From positions 1-37,769 of IMG/VR virus record IMGVR_UViG_3300010361_000024: a DNA stretch of 37,769 nt; one strand, given 5' to 3'. The notes beneath the pieces are model-generated. The model had not been told where the DNA came from, ran no database searches, and saw only the letters and a list, made by a program, of their open reading frames with translations. This document shows positions 1 through 9,845 of this stretch, piece after piece. Made by a program: the position numbers and the translations under genes. This stretch comes from a virus. Its lineage: Duplodnaviria > Caudoviricetes. The first letter of the stretch is position 1, and each line of letters begins with the position of its first letter.

Positions 1-40
1 GTCAACTTTTCGTATCTCCGAAATTTGGGTTTTCGGGGCA
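1..40. other. Left genome end, downstream half of probable cos region
   Basis: GTCAACTTTTCGTATCTCCGAAATTT resembles the sequence that follows the cos cut in HK97-like HNH-cos-terS phages; it pairs with the right-end signature. Confidence 0.6.
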
Positions 41-259
41 ATGTTTCAAAAGACCGTCACCATCCAATCGGTCGCCTAGAATGCCCCGCCATCGCACAGA
101 ATCGCCCCAGGCGGGGCCGCGGGGCCTCAAGTGTACGTCGGCAAGTAAATCTCGCGAAAGGAGACTTCCGAATGCGCTAAACGGTTTGACCCGATTTGCA
201 ACCTCAGAACGGCACGAGGGGGCGGCGACGCCCCCGATGCCGTCACACGTTTTAATCAA

Positions 260-889
260 ATGCCCCTTTATTACGAGCACGCAGGCGTCACGATCTATCA
301 CGGCGATTGCCGCGAGGTTTTGCCTACTTTGCCGCGGGTCGACGCGGTAATCACCGACCCTCCATATGGAATAAACCGCGATGGCTCAGAACCGAGCACA
401 AGCAGGCACAACGGTCGCAAGGCGTATGAGTTTCTAGGTTGGGATAATCATCGAGTCAACCCAGATCTATTACGCGAAATACTGCGCTTTTGCCCGACGG
501 CAATCATCTGGGGGGGCAACTATTTTGCCGACGTGTTACCCCCGACGCAACGCTGGCTCGTTTGGGATAAGGCGCAAAGAATCGCACAATCGGACGGTGA
601 GCTCGCGTGGACATCGATGCAAGGCGCGCTGAGAATTTACGACTTGAACCGCGTCGCATTGTTGACCGACGGCGCGCAGCATCCAACACAAAAACCCGTC
701 GAACTGATGCAATGGTGTATCGGCTTTTTCCCTTCTGCGCGCACGATTCTCGACCCGTTCATGGGTGCCGGGTCGACGTTAGTCGCGGCGAAACAATTAG
801 GTCGCCGGGCGATAGGCATCGAGATCGAAGAAGAATATTGCGAGATCGCCGCGGGGCGACTTGCGCAAGACGTATTCATGTTTGAGTGA
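260..889 (+). CDS. DNA N6-adenine/N4-cytosine methyltransferase (beta class)
   Basis: HGDC, ITDPPYG catalytic motif, HPTQKP, DPFMGAGST SAM-binding motif, GIEIEEEYC. Confidence 0.95.
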   Translation: MPLYYEHAGVTIYHGDCREVLPTLPRVDAVITDPPYGINRDGSEPSTSRHNGRKAYEFLGWDNHRVNPDLLREILRFCPTAIIWGGNYFADVLPPTQRWLVWDKAQRIAQSDGELAWTSMQGALRIYDLNRVALLTDGAQHPTQKPVELMQWCIGFFPSARTILDPFMGAGSTLVAAKQLGRRAIGIEIEEEYCEIAAGRLAQDVFMFE

Positions 890-929
890 ATAAGAACCCG
901 ATAACAATCGGGTCGAAAGTGAAAGCGAA

Positions 930-1112
930 ATGCCGCCTCGCAAGTTATTGAGTGGTTCTCCAAACGAGTTTCGTTGCATCGGGCAATTGTTGAAACGGTG
1001 CCCGATGCCGTCGCGCGACTGCGCTGATTGTTGGTTTGCAACCGACGACGGCAAACCAACACTTATTCAAATCACAGTTTTCGAAAGGGTCGAGGCGAAT
1101 CGATGCCCGTAG
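930..1112 (+). CDS. Small hypothetical protein
   Basis: 60-aa ATG ORF filling the gap between the MTase and the next gene; Cys-containing. Confidence 0.4.
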   Translation: MPPRKLLSGSPNEFRCIGQLLKRCPMPSRDCADCWFATDDGKPTLIQITVFERVEANRCP

Positions 1113-2494
1113 AGACCGTCAATCTACAATTCGACGTGCATCACCCCGAGGCCGCGGTGCCGCCGGGGGGGCCTGCGCCGACGCAACGCGGCGTCGATGC
1201 GGTTTCGGACCTGGGCATGAGTTCGGATGGTTCAAGTGATTGCGCGGGTGCATTACAGGCCTTTTTTGACGGCAGCAAATACCCCGCCGAGGTGCATTTC
1301 AAACCCGGCAAATATCGTTTCGATGCGACGGTCGAGACTAACGGCAACTTGATCAAGCTAGTCGGCGACGGGCATATCAGCAATATCGGCTCGACCGGCG
1401 CGGTCACTTTTTTTACCGACAAACCGTTGACCTCAATGCTTTGGTTTAATTGCCCCGTGGCGGCGTCGAATCTGCAATCGGTTTGGATCGAGCATATTCA
1501 ATTCACCGACACGAGCGCGGGGCACAATGCGCTCAAATCCGCGGTGCGCATCACCAATCAAGCAAATTTCGTTTTGCTCGATGTGGGGGCCAAAAATCTA
1601 ATCCCTCGTCGCTACACGACGGGCACGGTCTCGGTCACCAAAGGCAGCAAGACGGTCACGGGTACGGGCACAAACTGGTCGCCCGACCTGTTGCCCGGTT
1701 TCTTGAATGTCGCCGGTTATCCCTATGAGATCGCCTCGATCAATAACTCGGGCTCGCTCACGCTCGCGCTTATGTATCAGGGCGCGAGCAATAGCAATCT
1801 CACCTATGCGATCTCGACGGGCGGCATCTTTCTATGGCTCGACCCGGGCCTCGGCTTTACGCAATACGGGCAAGTGTTGTTGAAATCGCACTCGGTCGGT
1901 TACCCCGTATATATGAGTTACGGCGCGGGTGCGACCGGCACCTCGCGCATTAAGTTTCGCGGCTATATCAACGGGGGGAGTATTCCCGACGGCATCGGCG
2001 CGTACATGGGGCCTTTTTCCGACACGATGGAGTGGCGCGTTGCCTGCAATTCGTTCGCGTTTGGCACCGTAATCGCGAACGGGCATCAAAACGACATCGG
2101 CGGCGCAGACTACGAAAACGCGGGCACGCCGCCCCCGGTCACGGGCTCAAGCGCGCAAGGATACGCCGCGCCCAAAGGCGTGTTGATTATGGGCGATAGT
2201 GCGAGCAACACTTGGGGCAATCGCATCGTCAATTCTTACTTTCGGCAAGTGGGCACCGCGATCGAGTTGTGCGGCATCCCGACGCAAACCAAAATCGGGT
2301 TCAACACCTTCCGCTCGAACCCGGTCATCTTTGAGGGCGGCAATGCAACCAAGACCGTCGGTGAGATCGACGGCGCGTTCTACGGCACCGCATTCAATGT
2401 CGGCAGTGCCCAACACGTCGACAAGAGCGACGACGATTGCGATGATGATTTCTGGGGGCGCAAGAGCGACGACGATTGGGACGATGATCAATAG
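1103..2494 (+). CDS. Beta-helix (pectate lyase/tailspike-like) protein with acidic tail
   Basis: N-terminal DLGMSSDGSSDCAGALQAFFD...VHFKPGKY..LVGDG pattern typical of pectate-lyase-3/tailspike starts; G/T/N-rich; internal GTVSVTKGSKTVTGTGTNW fibre-like motif. ATG at 1103. Confidence 0.65.
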   Translation: MPVETVNLQFDVHHPEAAVPPGGPAPTQRGVDAVSDLGMSSDGSSDCAGALQAFFDGSKYPAEVHFKPGKYRFDATVETNGNLIKLVGDGHISNIGSTGAVTFFTDKPLTSMLWFNCPVAASNLQSVWIEHIQFTDTSAGHNALKSAVRITNQANFVLLDVGAKNLIPRRYTTGTVSVTKGSKTVTGTGTNWSPDLLPGFLNVAGYPYEIASINNSGSLTLALMYQGASNSNLTYAISTGGIFLWLDPGLGFTQYGQVLLKSHSVGYPVYMSYGAGATGTSRIKFRGYINGGSIPDGIGAYMGPFSDTMEWRVACNSFAFGTVIANGHQNDIGGADYENAGTPPPVTGSSAQGYAAPKGVLIMGDSASNTWGNRIVNSYFRQVGTAIELCGIPTQTKIGFNTFRSNPVIFEGGNATKTVGEIDGAFYGTAFNVGSAQHVDKSDDDCDDDFWGRKSDDDWDDDQ

Positions 2495-2503
2495 GGGGCC
2501 ACA

Positions 2504-2971
2504 ATGGGACGGTCACGCAAACCGAGCGCACAACTTGAGCGCAACGGGTCTTTCGATAAACACCCCGAGCGTCGCCGCGCGCGCGCCGGCGAACCGAAAC
2601 CCGTCGGCCCCCTGGGTGACGTGCCGCTTTGTTTCACGACCGCGGGCGGGTTGAGCGAGTATATGGCGACGCGCCTCACCGCCATTTGGAACGAGGTCGT
2701 CGCCGAGGCCCCGCCCGGGGTGTGCACGTGGCACGACCGCAAACACGTCGAGTTGATTTGTCGCTTGCTCTATCGCGTGCGCACGGGGGGCGCAAAGAGC
2801 GGCGATTTCTCGCGCCTCGACACCTTGCTCGGAAAGATCGGCATGAACCCCGCCGATCGCTCGAAAGTGAATGTCGTCGCGAGCGCGGCGGCGACCTCTG
2901 GCGATGATGCAACCGAAAACAGTCCATTCAACGACCTCGCCGCCGAACCAATCCCGGGCCGCCCGAACTAA
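2504..2971 (+). CDS. terS: Terminase small subunit (P27-like)
   Basis: MGRSRKPS..L..NG start, W..V, GMNPADRSKV C-terminal motif; directly upstream of terL. Confidence 0.85.
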   Translation: MGRSRKPSAQLERNGSFDKHPERRRARAGEPKPVGPLGDVPLCFTTAGGLSEYMATRLTAIWNEVVAEAPPGVCTWHDRKHVELICRLLYRVRTGGAKSGDFSRLDTLLGKIGMNPADRSKVNVVASAAATSGDDATENSPFNDLAAEPIPGRPN

Positions 2972-4670
2972 CCCGCAAAGCTATGCCGAGCGCGCTCGGG
3001 CCTATGCCGAGGAAATCACCGCGGGGCGCATTCTCGCGTGCGTCGAGGTGCGGCAGGCCTGCGCGCGGTTTCTCGAGGACCTCAAGCGGAGTGCGACGCC
3101 CGAGTGTCGATGGAGGTTTGACGAGAGCAAGGCGAATCGCTTTTGTCGATTCTTCGAAGGTTTCAAGCATTACAAAAACGACTTTCTAAACCGCGCAGGC
3201 AAAGGCGAAACGTTTCGCCTCGAACCCTGGGAGTTGTTCATCGCCTGCAATATTTTCGGTTGGGTCGACAAAGACAAAGGGCATCGGCGTTTCACCGAGG
3301 CATATATCGAGGTGCCGCGCAAGAACGGCAAAACCCCGCTCGCCGCGGGGGTCGGCCTCTATTGCCTCGCCGCCGACAATGAATTCGGCTCGGAAGTGTA
3401 CGCCGGCGCGCGGTCGAAAGAGCAGGCCGCCGACGGGTTGTTTCTCGCCGCCAAACAAATGGCCGAGCGCGCCCTCGACTTTCGCGAGGCGTTCGGCGTC
3501 TGGATCAACGCAGCCTCGATCGTAGTGCAGGCCCGCAACGCGACTTTCAAACCTCTCAAAGCGAACCCGCAAGATGGACCCTCGCCGCATTGCGTGCTCG
3601 CCGACGAGTATCACGAATACAAAACCGACCGGCTCATCGATTGGGCGCGCACGGGCATGACCGCGCGGTTGCAACCCCTCTTGCTCGAAATCACGACCGC
3701 GGGCACCGATACCACCTCACCGTGCTATCAAAAACACCTTGAGGTGCAAGATATGCTCGCCGGTCGGCACCCCAACGATCGACTCTTCGCCATCATTTAC
3801 ACGATCGACAAGGGCATCGATTGGACATCAAAAAAAGCGGTCTTGATGGCAAACCCCAACTATGGGGTGAGCGTCAACCCCGAGACGATCGAACACGATC
3901 AAGAGCAGGCCAAGCATTCGGCCCTGCGTCAAAGAGAATTCAAAACCAAAAACCTCAATATCTGGGTCAATCAAACCGCGACTTGGATGAATATGCACAA
4001 ATGGGAGGCCTGCGCCGATCACTCGCTCACGATCGAGGATTTTGCGGGCGACCCGTGCATCGAAGGCGTCGACCTCGCGTCGCGCCGCGACACGGTTTCG
4101 ACCGCGCGCCTCTTTCGGCGCGTGATCGACGGCGAGCAGCATTTCTATTGCTTCACTCGGCATTACCTCAATGAGCAACAAGTGAGGGACCCCAGGAACA
4201 CGCACTATCAGACCTGGGTCGAAAAAGGATTTTTGATCGAGACGCCCGGCGACATCACATCATATTTGCGCGTGAATGATGACCTCGCCGCCGACTCGAC
4301 CGCGCTCATGCTGCGCGAGCTCGTGTTTGATCCTTTTCACGCCGCGCCGCTTATTCAGTTCTTGCGCGAGCGCGACGACTGGAACACCTCGACCGAGATC
4401 GTCGACCTCAAGCAAAACGAAGAGCAGCAATCGGGGCCGATGAAGGAATTCGAGGGGCTCGTGTACGCGGGCCGGTTTCATTTCGACGGCAACCCGGTCT
4501 TGAGTTGGATGATCGGCAACACCTCGTGCAAGATTTCCGAGCGCGAAAACTGGCGACCCGTGCGCAAGCACATAAGCCAAAAGATCGACGGCACGATCGC
4601 GATCTTGCTCGCGTTCGCCCGATGGATGGCCGCGCCGCAAGACAACGCGAGCGGCATTTTCTTTGCCTGA
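2904..4670 (+). CDS. terL: Terminase large subunit
   Basis: LEPWE, Walker A VPRKNGKT, Walker B VLADEYHE, ITTAG, GVDLA, KIDG nuclease motifs. Exact start uncertain. Confidence 0.97.
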   Translation: MMQPKTVHSTTSPPNQSRAARTNPQSYAERARAYAEEITAGRILACVEVRQACARFLEDLKRSATPECRWRFDESKANRFCRFFEGFKHYKNDFLNRAGKGETFRLEPWELFIACNIFGWVDKDKGHRRFTEAYIEVPRKNGKTPLAAGVGLYCLAADNEFGSEVYAGARSKEQAADGLFLAAKQMAERALDFREAFGVWINAASIVVQARNATFKPLKANPQDGPSPHCVLADEYHEYKTDRLIDWARTGMTARLQPLLLEITTAGTDTTSPCYQKHLEVQDMLAGRHPNDRLFAIIYTIDKGIDWTSKKAVLMANPNYGVSVNPETIEHDQEQAKHSALRQREFKTKNLNIWVNQTATWMNMHKWEACADHSLTIEDFAGDPCIEGVDLASRRDTVSTARLFRRVIDGEQHFYCFTRHYLNEQQVRDPRNTHYQTWVEKGFLIETPGDITSYLRVNDDLAADSTALMLRELVFDPFHAAPLIQFLRERDDWNTSTEIVDLKQNEEQQSGPMKEFEGLVYAGRFHFDGNPVLSWMIGNTSCKISERENWRPVRKHISQKIDGTIAILLAFARWMAAPQDNASGIFFA

Positions 4671-6417
4671 CAAAAGGAATTCGGCGATGCGATTTTTTGA
4701 AATTCTTCGAAATCTCGGGCGCGCCGAGTACCGAGCCAACCCGCTCGAAAATCCCGCGGTGCCGCTTTCCAGCCCCGCGGTTTGGGAGTGGCTCATGGGC
4801 GGCGAACCGACCGCCTCGGGCGAATCGGTCAACGAAACAAACGCCCTGCAAATCACGACCGTTTACGATTGCGTGCGTATCCTGGCCGAGTCGGTCGCGT
4901 CGTTGCCGCTTGAGGTTTGGGAAAGAGGGGCCGACGGGGGGCGCACAAAAGCGATCGAGGCGCAGGCGTATAAGTTACTCGCGATCGAGCCCAACCCCGA
5001 AATGAGCGCATACAGTTTCAAACAAACTTTTGTTGGGTGCCTCGCGCTCACCGGCAACACGTATGCACAAATCGAGCGCAACGGGGCGGGGCAACCGATT
5101 GCCCTTTGGCCTCTCAACCCGCTCAAGACGCGCCCGATTCGCTTGCCGAGCAATCGCATCGCATACGAGACGAGCGACGGCATGGAGGCCGGACTATCAC
5201 GCCTCATCGACCCCGAGGATATGTTGCACGTGTTGTTGTTTTCGCTCGACGGCATTCATGGATTGAGCCCCATTCAACAGGCGCGGCAATCGCTCGGACT
5301 AACAAAGGCAACGGAGAAATACGGTGCGCGTTTTTTTGGCAACGGGTCGAGGCCGGGTGGCGTGGTGATGAGCAAAGGCCCGAAACCTGACGACAAAACC
5401 AAACGCGAAATCATCGAGAGTTGGAACAACTCGCACGGGGGCGTGAATCAAGGCAAGACCGCGTTTCTATTTGGGGCCGAATGGGATTACAAACAAATTT
5501 CGCTTTCGCCCGAGGATTCGCAATTCCTAGCAACCCGGCAATTTCAGCGTACCGAAATCGCCGCCCTTTGGCGCATCCCGCCGCACATGATCGGCGACAC
5601 CTCGCGCATGAGCGGCAACAACGTCGAGCAACAAAACTTGCAATTCGTGATCGACACTTTGCGCCCTTATCTGGCCTCGATCGAGAATGAGGTCGAGCGT
5701 AAACTCATGCCGACCGTGGGGCGCAACGCGGGCCGATTTTTCGTCAAGTTTGATGTGAGCGAGCGTTTGCGCGGCGATTTTAAAACTCAGCAAGAGGGAT
5801 TCGCCGCGGGCGTGCAATGGGGTTGGTTCTCGGCAAACGATGTGCGCGCGAAACTCGGCGAGAATCCCGGGCCGCCCGAGCTCAACGTCTACCGCACCCC
5901 GGTCAATATGCAATCGGCGAAAACCTTGTTGCTCTCGCCTGCGCCGGCGGGCTCGCCTGCGCCGCCTGCGCCCGAGCTCGTGCCCCCCGAGCCCGACGAG
6001 CCCGCGCCTTTGCCTGCGCCGAGCGCGCCCCGCGCGTTGCCGGCGCCCGAACCGAAAGCATTGCCCCCGTATGCCGCCTTTGCATTGCCGTTTCGCGACG
6101 CTTTCGGGCGACTTTCGCGGCGTGCCGAGCGTGATTCGGCGGCCTTTCGCGTGACATTGGGGCCGGTTTTGCGCGGCCTTGCCGACCTGGGCGTGAGTTA
6201 TCGCGGAGGCTCAAGGCCCGAGATCGCCGCGGGCCTCGTCGCCGAGGGGCTCAAGGCAATGGAAAAACGCGCCGCGAAATGGCCCGCGGCGATCGCCGAG
6301 GGCGATCTCGAAACCCTCACCGCGGGCGAATTTTGGAAAGTGGTTCGCTTTATGCATATCAATGCAGCAAAAGAGATCAGCGCGGCGCAGGCCGCCTCAG
6401 AGGTGCGAGATGAATAA
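4663..6417 (+). CDS. Portal protein, HK97 family, with C-terminal extension
   Basis: VYDCVRILAESVASLP, GLSPI, FFGNGSRPGG, SPEDSQFL, IPPHMIG, NDVRAKLG. Start may be ATG 4687. Confidence 0.96.
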   Translation: MPDKRNSAMRFFEILRNLGRAEYRANPLENPAVPLSSPAVWEWLMGGEPTASGESVNETNALQITTVYDCVRILAESVASLPLEVWERGADGGRTKAIEAQAYKLLAIEPNPEMSAYSFKQTFVGCLALTGNTYAQIERNGAGQPIALWPLNPLKTRPIRLPSNRIAYETSDGMEAGLSRLIDPEDMLHVLLFSLDGIHGLSPIQQARQSLGLTKATEKYGARFFGNGSRPGGVVMSKGPKPDDKTKREIIESWNNSHGGVNQGKTAFLFGAEWDYKQISLSPEDSQFLATRQFQRTEIAALWRIPPHMIGDTSRMSGNNVEQQNLQFVIDTLRPYLASIENEVERKLMPTVGRNAGRFFVKFDVSERLRGDFKTQQEGFAAGVQWGWFSANDVRAKLGENPGPPELNVYRTPVNMQSAKTLLLSPAPAGSPAPPAPELVPPEPDEPAPLPAPSAPRALPAPEPKALPPYAAFALPFRDAFGRLSRRAERDSAAFRVTLGPVLRGLADLGVSYRGGSRPEIAAGLVAEGLKAMEKRAAKWPAAIAEGDLETLTAGEFWKVVRFMHINAAKEISAAQAASEVRDE

Positions 6418-7168
6418 GCAAATCGAGCGGCGTTTCATACGGCAAAGCGAGTTTCGCGTTTCGGCAGAGAACGAGCCCGCGAAAATTTCCGGGTATGGTG
6501 CGGTGTTCAATTCGCAAAGCGAAGACCTCGGCTATTTCACCGAGTTGCGCGAAGAGATCGACCCGCACGCATTCGACTCGGTGATGAGCACAAACCCCGA
6601 CGTGCGCGGCCTGTTCAATCATGACCCGAATTTTGTGCTGGGGCGCACGCGCGCGGGCACCTTGCGCCTCTCGGTCGACGCCCGCGGCCTCGCCTATGAG
6701 ATCGACCCGCCCGACACCCAGGCGGCGCGCGATCTCATGACCTCGATGCGCCGCGGCGACATCACCGGGTCGAGTTTCGCGTTCATCGCCAAACGCGACC
6801 AATACACCGACAACCCCGACGGGTCGATCACCCGCCGCATTCTTGAGTTTCAAGAGTTGCTCGACGTGTCGCCGGTCACGTATCCCGCCTTTCCTGCAAC
6901 GAGCTCGCAGGCATACTCGTTGCCGCGCTCGATGCCCAAAGAGATGCGGGCGCGATTGTTGAATGTGAAACGCGACTTAATGAACGGGTGTATCTGCGAT
7001 TGCGATGCGTGCGCGATCGACGGCGATTGCTCGAACTGCACGCACGACGATTGCAATGCCGACGCCGAGGGTTGCATCGATTGCCCGATGGACGACGGAT
7101 TTTTCGCGCGAGCGCATGAGGCGAACGAAAATCTTCGCCTCGCCCTACGCATCGCGCTCGAACTCTAA
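6410..7168 (+). CDS. Prohead protease, HK97 family
   Basis: GYGAVFNS, LFNHD, GSSFAF, DVSPVTYPAF; GAGGT RBS upstream. Confidence 0.95.
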   Translation: MNKQIERRFIRQSEFRVSAENEPAKISGYGAVFNSQSEDLGYFTELREEIDPHAFDSVMSTNPDVRGLFNHDPNFVLGRTRAGTLRLSVDARGLAYEIDPPDTQAARDLMTSMRRGDITGSSFAFIAKRDQYTDNPDGSITRRILEFQELLDVSPVTYPAFPATSSQAYSLPRSMPKEMRARLLNVKRDLMNGCICDCDACAIDGDCSNCTHDDCNADAEGCIDCPMDDGFFARAHEANENLRLALRIALEL

Positions 7169-7332
7169 ACCGCAAAACCCAGGCATCGCCCCGTCGCTTT
7201 GTCGACTGCCTTCGATGGTGCGGGCCGCGGTGCGTGTATCGCGAGGTGTTCGCGCCTGGGCGCGAGCTCGCCGCGGTGATAGGCAAAAACAACCACGCAT
7301 CACCAACCCCATTTCACTTTGAGAGGTGTTCC

Positions 7333-8571
7333 ATGACGAGCAAAGAGATGCGCGAGGCGCGCAACAAACTGTTAGTCGACGCGCAAAAGATCATGAGCGG
7401 CGACAAGGTGACAACCGAGCAACGCACCCAGGCCGACAAGATGCTCACCGAGGCGAACGAGCTCAAGGCGCAATATGAATTGCGCGACCGGCTCGACGCC
7501 GAGACCTCGACAACAAGCGGGCGCAGTATTCCGCGCGGCGCGCCTGGGGCCGACGAGCCCGAGGGCGACACCCGTTCGCTCAAGGTGCGGCGCAGGGCGA
7601 CCGATAAGGCCTTGCGCGCCTGGATGAGTCGCGAAAACTTCGAGACCCGCGACCTCACCGTCGCCGCCAACGGCGCGGTGATGATTCCGGTCGGCGTCAC
7701 CGACCCAAAAATCGCCATGATGTCGGCGGGCTCGATCTATGACCTCGTGTATAAACTGCGCACCGGCACGGGCGAGGCAATCAAGGCCCCGATGCTCAAC
7801 GACGTCACCAACCTCTTTGTGTTGAATTCGGCGAGCATTACCACGACCGACCCGGCAACGGGCGGCGTCACGATCCAAATCGACGACATTCGGTCGAACC
7901 CGATCTTGATTGAACGCTCGCTCATTCAAGATGCGGGATTCGATCTCGTGGGGTTTGTCGAGCGCGCGGTGCAATCGCGCTATCTGCGCACCGTCTCGAA
8001 GTGGATTACGCAAGGCAACGGGTCGAACGTGGTCGGCACGCAAACACTTACTCAAGGCGTGGTCGGCAATACGACGCTCGTTTTGAAATATATCGATATG
8101 GCCGCGCTATTCTCCGCGCTCGATCCTGCCTATTTGATCGGCGCGGTTTGGGTGATGTCGAACGCGACGCTCGGGCTCGTGCTCAACATTCTCGACACCG
8201 CGGGCCGCCCGATTTTCTTGCCGTACAACGACGGCGCGAATTCGGGGTTTGTGGGCACGATTTTCGGTTACCCCGTGAAACTCAATCCCTATCAACCGTC
8301 GATTGGGGTCAATAACGCGTTTATCCAGTTCGGCAATTTCGAACAAGGATATACGTTCCGCGAGGTCGACCCCTATGCCGACGTGCCCGCCGACACAAAG
8401 GTTGCCGACACCGGCGTCGTGACCCTGCGCCGCCTCGACGAGCGTTACGCCGAATTGAACAAAGTCGGTTTTGTTGGATTCGCGCGGGTCGGCGGGCAAA
8501 TCACCATCGCGGGCAACGTGCCCTCGGCGGCGACCTCGCCCGCGGCGATCGTTACCTTACTCGGCAAGTAA
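7333..8571 (+). CDS. Major capsid protein, HK97 fold
   Basis: Coiled-coil delta domain, WVMSNATL...LDTAGRPIF, GTIFGYPV, FGNF, ERYAELNKVGFVGFARVGG; GAGAGG RBS. Confidence 0.95.
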   Translation: MTSKEMREARNKLLVDAQKIMSGDKVTTEQRTQADKMLTEANELKAQYELRDRLDAETSTTSGRSIPRGAPGADEPEGDTRSLKVRRRATDKALRAWMSRENFETRDLTVAANGAVMIPVGVTDPKIAMMSAGSIYDLVYKLRTGTGEAIKAPMLNDVTNLFVLNSASITTTDPATGGVTIQIDDIRSNPILIERSLIQDAGFDLVGFVERAVQSRYLRTVSKWITQGNGSNVVGTQTLTQGVVGNTTLVLKYIDMAALFSALDPAYLIGAVWVMSNATLGLVLNILDTAGRPIFLPYNDGANSGFVGTIFGYPVKLNPYQPSIGVNNAFIQFGNFEQGYTFREVDPYADVPADTKVADTGVVTLRRLDERYAELNKVGFVGFARVGGQITIAGNVPSAATSPAAIVTLLGK

Positions 8572-8581
8572 TCAACCCTTG

Positions 8582-8620
8582 CGCCTGGGGGCCTCGCCGC
8601 GGCCCCCTGGGCGGCCTTTC
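8582..8620 (+). terminator. Possible terminator hairpin after capsid gene
   Basis: GGGGGCC...GGCCCCC stem followed by only a weak T tract. Confidence 0.35.
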
Positions 8621-8640
8621 CTGCGCGCGTGAGGTTAGCC

Positions 8641-9480
8641 ATGCCTCTCAGCTATCGAGACACGTCGCAACCGCTTATCGAGCCCGTGACGCTCGCCGAG
8701 GCCAAAGCACAGGCCGCGGTCGACGCCGCCATGACCCTCGACGATGCGCTCATTACCTCGTTGATCGTGGCGGCGCGGCAATATGTCGAGCGGCTCATCA
8801 ATCGCCCGATCTTCAACCGCACGATGAAACTCTGGCTCGATTTCTTTCCCTACTATGCGTATGCGAGCACGGGGTTCGGGGCGTGGAATTATCTTGCCAT
8901 ACGTTTGCCCAAACCGCGCGCCCTCTCGGTCGAGTCGGTCACCTATACCGACCGCAACTTTCAAACCCAAACCGTCGCGCCCTCGCAATATTGGCTCGAT
9001 GCCAAGGCCGAGCCCGCGCGCGTTGTGCCCTTGCCAGGATTGTATTGGCCGACTGATTACGCATGGGTGCCGAATTCGATTTGCGTGAGTTACACCGCGG
9101 GCAACTATGTGGACGTGTTCACCGAAAATCTGACGGTCAAGAATCACCCCGGGTCGCCCCCGACAATCACCGAGGTGCAAGTAACAAATGCCCTCTATAC
9201 GGGCATGATCTCGTTAGTCAACGCCCAGGGCAACGCGGTGCCCTATACGCCCGACCCTACCGACGCAACGGTGCTCGTGCTCAACGTACCAGTGGGGCAA
9301 GTTCTCACCGCGACCTATTACATCGGGGCGTGCCCCCAGGCGATCAAGCAAGCGATTCTCTTGCTCGTCGCCTATTGGTACGAACACCGCGACGCCGCCG
9401 AAACTCAACCCCCGCAAGCGATCGCGCACGGCATCGAGGCGATACTCGCGAGCGAGGTGTTCGAAACATTTGGATTGTGA
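8641..9480 (+). CDS. Head-tail connector (gp6/gp8-like)
   Basis: EPVTLAEAKAQ, DDALITSLIVAARQYVE, IKQAILLLVAYWYEHR. Confidence 0.9.
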   Translation: MPLSYRDTSQPLIEPVTLAEAKAQAAVDAAMTLDDALITSLIVAARQYVERLINRPIFNRTMKLWLDFFPYYAYASTGFGAWNYLAIRLPKPRALSVESVTYTDRNFQTQTVAPSQYWLDAKAEPARVVPLPGLYWPTDYAWVPNSICVSYTAGNYVDVFTENLTVKNHPGSPPTITEVQVTNALYTGMISLVNAQGNAVPYTPDPTDATVLVLNVPVGQVLTATYYIGACPQAIKQAILLLVAYWYEHRDAAETQPPQAIAHGIEAILASEVFETFGL

Positions 9481-9483
9481 GCG

Positions 9484-9843
9484 ATGGACCCGACCTATAT
9501 TCAAGCGGGCGAGTTGATCCACGTGGTCACCGTGCAATCGCCCCCCGATGGCCGCGACGAGACCGGGCAACCCGACGTCACGTGGGACGACGTGCTCACC
9601 ACGCGCGCCAAAATCGAGAGCGTCAACTCGCGCACCTTTCGCATGTCGTTTGCGAATAACGCCCTCACCTCGCAGACCTCCAACGTGATCACCATGCGGC
9701 ACCCGCGCACCGTCAAGATCGAGCCCGGGTACAGGGTCGTATTCGGCGACAGGTTTTACACCATACAGGCGATCGACAACGTGTTGGAGCAAGACAAGAA
9801 ACTCGTGCTCGCCTGCATCGGCATCGACGAGGACAGCAATTAA
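9484..9843 (+). CDS. Head closure protein (SPP1 gp16-like)
   Basis: AGELIHVVTVQ, D.TGQ...W, ITMRH, RVVFGDRFYTIQAI; synteny. Confidence 0.88.
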   Translation: MDPTYIQAGELIHVVTVQSPPDGRDETGQPDVTWDDVLTTRAKIESVNSRTFRMSFANNALTSQTSNVITMRHPRTVKIEPGYRVVFGDRFYTIQAIDNVLEQDKKLVLACIGIDEDSN

Positions 9844-9845
9844 CA

